A DNA stretch of 59,573 bases, taken from the NCBI GenBank assembly GCA_017618435.1, contig JAFZUH010000199.1:1-59573 (forward strand), given 5' to 3'. Position 1 is the stretch's first letter, and every line of letters starts with the position of its first letter. A program made the translations under genes and the position numbers. Source of the stretch: Bacteroidales bacterium (GTDB lineage: Bacteria > Bacteroidota > Bacteroidia > Bacteroidales > WCHB1-69). Below the pieces are notes generated by a model that saw nothing but the letters and a program-made list of their open reading frames with translations, was not told the origin of the DNA and made no database searches. Below, piece after piece: positions 57,003-59,573 of the stretch.

Positions 57003-57188
57003 ATGAAAAACAGAAATATTAAAGGGAAATGTAAGCAATGTCGCTACTATAATATCAACCACTGCATGCTGTCAATGCAATGCAACGGCCAATACTTTTT
57101 AAAAAGTACGGACGATGTGCACATCGTCCCAACACACCACAATGTACGGACACGCCATGGTACGTCCCACAATACTAAAAATAAATAA
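57003..57188 (+). CDS. questionable small Cys-rich ORF
   Basis: An A-rich leader precedes the ATG, and the first 35 aa carry CxxC..C..C. The 3' half reads through hairpin-leader copy E. Confidence 0.25.
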   Translation: MKNRNIKGKCKQCRYYNINHCMLSMQCNGQYFLKSTDDVHIVPTHHNVRTRHGTSHNTKNK

Positions 57189-57194
57189 CCACCC
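57110..57194 (+). repeat. hairpin-leader element, copy E (divergent 3' half)
   Basis: GGACGATGTGCACATCGTCC (57110-57129), a weaker second dyad around CCATGG, an A-rich leader and ATG 57195. Confidence 0.8.
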
Positions 57195-57686
57195 ATGAAA
57201 CCGGAAGAATTTAACAAACACTTAAAAGCTCTTGAAAGCGATTTTAAAGAACTATTTCTCAAAACCGCTCCCACCATTGCCGGCAAAACCGCCGTCTCGT
57301 ATTTTAAAAAGAATTTCCAAAACGAAGCTTGGGGTAGAAGCAAATGGAAAGAGGTGCAGCGGAGAACTCCCGGCACCAAGGCTTATAAATATGCCGGCAG
57401 ACATCATCCGGCTCGCACTACAAGAAAAATCCTTACAGGCGATACCGGAGACCTTGGCCGGTCTATTGAGATAAAAGAAATTTCCAAACAAACTGCTGTT
57501 GTCTGGACTTCCACTGCAGCCTTTGGCTCTAAAGAACCTTACGGTCGTGTCCACAACGAAGGGCTCCGTGCCGGAAGAGGTAAAGGTTTCATCATGCCCA
57601 AACGACAGTTTATGGGCGAAAGCAACGAACTCAATCAACTTATCATTAAAGAATTAGAACGTAAACTAAACCAACTTTTAAAATGA
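57195..57686 (+). CDS. virion morphogenesis protein (Mu gpG / HK97 gp10-like)
   Basis: 163 aa with GDTGDLGRSI and YGRVHNEG...MPKRQFMG. Confidence 0.55.
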   Translation: MKPEEFNKHLKALESDFKELFLKTAPTIAGKTAVSYFKKNFQNEAWGRSKWKEVQRRTPGTKAYKYAGRHHPARTTRKILTGDTGDLGRSIEIKEISKQTAVVWTSTAAFGSKEPYGRVHNEGLRAGRGKGFIMPKRQFMGESNELNQLIIKELERKLNQLLK

Positions 57687-58381
57687 AGATATTTTTTAAA
57701 TCAGATTTTGAACTCATCGAGCACTTTCTCGATGCTAACGGAGACCCTCTCGATATTTCCGAGCTGAACATCTCCCTTTGTTACCAAACCGACAAGTTTT
57801 CCTCCTATCACGCTCATTTCTATCAAGGAGCAGGAGAAAAATGTTACATTGACCCCGAAGACCATTCAAAACTCCATGTAACTTTTGCCGGACACGGTCT
57901 CGGCCCTGGCGTGCTTACCCGTACCATCACTTTCGCTGTCGCCAACGACCATTTTCCCGACGACACCCAAAACATCCGCACCAAAGAGCTTACTTCCGTT
58001 GAACTTGTCAATCTCGGCGGTAACGCATCTCCTTATTCTTCTGTTGAAAACACGGCTCCGCTCGTGCTCTTCAACCACGCTAACGCCACCCATCGCGATG
58101 ACCCCGACCAGCATCCCATCTCTGCCATCTCCGGTCTGCAGTCCGCTCTCGACAATGCAGGGCGTATCACCCTTACTGACTTCCTCTACAATCCGGCTGC
58201 TTCCGGTATCGATGCAGACGAATGCTCCTTCATTGGCCGCAATACCCGTTCTGCTCTCACTTCCGACAGCTCTTGGAACATCAAAACTCTTGCCTACAAA
58301 AACGGGCAATTCGCCATCAGGGAATTCTCCGGTGTAGCTTGGAACAACAGATATCAATTATTAATCCCCGCCAATGAATAA
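57683..58381 (+). CDS. phage structural protein, unknown role
   Basis: 232 aa with a 4-nt overlap on the upstream gene. Confidence 0.5.
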   Translation: MKIFFKSDFELIEHFLDANGDPLDISELNISLCYQTDKFSSYHAHFYQGAGEKCYIDPEDHSKLHVTFAGHGLGPGVLTRTITFAVANDHFPDDTQNIRTKELTSVELVNLGGNASPYSSVENTAPLVLFNHANATHRDDPDQHPISAISGLQSALDNAGRITLTDFLYNPAASGIDADECSFIGRNTRSALTSDSSWNIKTLAYKNGQFAIREFSGVAWNNRYQLLIPANE

Positions 58382-58452
58382 CCCCTACAGACACACAATC
58401 GTGCCTCTAATCAATAAAATAATAAAACATTAACAACTAAATAAACATAACA
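58381..58452 (+). repeat. hairpin-leader element, copy F (degenerate)
   Basis: AGACACACAATCGTGCCTCT (58389-58408, two stem pairs lost), then AATCAATAAAATAATAAAACATTAACAAC... and ATG 58453. Confidence 0.7.
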
Positions 58453-58626
58453 ATGACACAGATTTTAATCAATTACACAAAAGACGAAAATAGCGAACAA
58501 ATGGCTATCATGACAACCGACCAAGACGGAAAAACGCATTCCGCTGTCATACGCAATCAAGAAGCCGCCTCATTGGCAGAAAGTATCTTATCAATCTTAA
58601 ACTCCAACAACAATGAAACGGTATAA
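58453..58626 (+). CDS. small phage ORF (57 aa)
   Basis: Below the track cut-off. It reads MTQILINYTKDENSEQMAIMTTDQDGKTHSAVIRNQEAASLAESILSILNSNNNETV, is preceded by copy F, and overlaps the next ORF by 14 nt. Confidence 0.35.
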   Translation: MTQILINYTKDENSEQMAIMTTDQDGKTHSAVIRNQEAASLAESILSILNSNNNETV

Positions 58627-59573
58627 AGCTATAGCATCCGGTGCATGGTCCGATTTGACCACATGGCAAGACGACGGAAACGGCAGCTTTCAGGCAAGCA
58701 CCGTTCTTCCATCCTCTGCTGATGAAGTGTATTGCAATGGATTCGTGATAGATGTAGTAAGTGGTACCTATCAAGTTGCCTTGATAAGCAACGGCGAATC
58801 CTCCAACCAAGACAACGAGCCTGTCAATGTTGGAGGCTATTTGAGAATGGCAAACGATAGCAACAAAGCCTGCTATTTTATTGCCGATTGCTATAACTAT
58901 TCTACCTGTTTATTACAAGCCGCTATGGCAAGCAGTCGTTCACATATTATATCTATAACCGGCAATTGCTACAACTATTCCGGCATTTTTATCACAACAT
59001 CTAGCGGTTATAATAATCGAAACTGCACGCTAACCATCACCGGCAACGTAGTTTCGCAAGGCTCGTGTCTTTTGGATATATCCGGAACGGGCACCGTGAA
59101 GACAGATTCCGGTGTAACCATCAATGGCAATGTAAATGCAAATAGTAGTGCCTTTTACGCTTCAACCGGAAATTCCGGACATCTTGCCATAAATGGTAAC
59201 GTGGTAAAAAATGGAGGCACTTTCGGCACTACCAACAATGGTAATATCAACGGGTCTCTACATCTAACTGCAAACAGTACGCAATCGATTGAAGTTAACA
59301 ATGGGGAAATCATCAATGCCTTCTGGCTCTCCGCCGGATATACCGGCAATGTTACCAAATATCGTATCATATTGGACAATCAAGAGTGGTTTCTGCCGAG
59401 TGATATCACCAATGGACTTCCGCAGGCAAGCGATGTAAGACAGGGAACTACTTTTGGTCTCAACAATGTCTTTACCGGAACGCTTGACTTGCCGCAACCT
59501 GCCAACGTCGTAAAAGATGTCAGCTATGACAACAATACCAAAACCGGCACTTATGCTGTCAGCATCAGTCCGC
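58613..59573 (+). CDS. beta-helix-like repeat protein (partial, open to the right edge)
   Basis: Absent from the ORF track because it has no stop. It is open for 320 codons from ATG 58613: MKRYKAIASGAWSDLTTWQDDGNG... followed by Gly/Asn-rich turns (ITGNCYNYSG, ITGNVVSQGS, INGNVNANSS, INGNVVKNGG). Confidence 0.6.
   Translation, partial: MKRYKAIASGAWSDLTTWQDDGNGSFQASTVLPSSADEVYCNGFVIDVVSGTYQVALISNGESSNQDNEPVNVGGYLRMANDSNKACYFIADCYNYSTCLLQAAMASSRSHIISITGNCYNYSGIFITTSSGYNNRNCTLTITGNVVSQGSCLLDISGTGTVKTDSGVTINGNVNANSSAFYASTGNSGHLAINGNVVKNGGTFGTTNNGNINGSLHLTANSTQSIEVNNGEIINAFWLSAGYTGNVTKYRIILDNQEWFLPSDITNGLPQASDVRQGTTFGLNNVFTGTLDLPQPANVVKDVSYDNNTKTGTYAVSISP

Noticed and set aside
51403-58452. The idea that the repeated hairpins form a CRISPR array.
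   Set aside because: The spacers would be whole genes (0.2-2.7 kb) of variable length. The repeats end at start codons and include a conserved translation leader. No cas genes are present.

Overview
The window looks like a Bacteroidales-type chromosome segment: TAnnTTTG promoter boxes, A-rich leaders without Shine-Dalgarno sequences, an S46 peptidase, a GldD-like lipoprotein and a long-tailed S16. All protein calls come from reading motifs, sizes and gene order by eye; no database search was run. There are four blocks. (1) 1-5764 holds an IS5 transposase remnant and a co-directional five-gene accessory operon: a WYL regulator, a HAD-like phosphatase, a 603-aa protein with two nuclease-like cores, a 297-aa nuclease-like protein and a metallophosphoesterase. 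This is my best candidate for an undescribed defence or nucleic-acid-conflict system. (2) 5891-31839 is housekeeping: kdsD, asnS, cdd, a lipid-tailoring/export block, dnaJ, grpE, rplT-rpmI-infC, a DUF58 protein, an S46 dipeptidyl-peptidase, rimM, rpsP, queA and hydF. Two oddities here are an in-frame TGA in grpE at a conserved Gly and an infC with no ATG start. (3) 31937-36999 is a low-GC accessory island with an ADP-ribosylglycohydrolase, three unknown proteins and a Dam-type methylase. (4) 37209 to the right edge is a contractile-tail prophage with a Mu-like morphogenesis gene set, split into two divergent arms. It carries a six-copy double-hairpin plus leader element in front of the head genes. 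It also has two candidate -1 frameshift sites (tail chaperone, and the portal/MuF junction), a MuF protein with a low-GC C-terminal extension, and two opposite-strand moron genes in the tail module.
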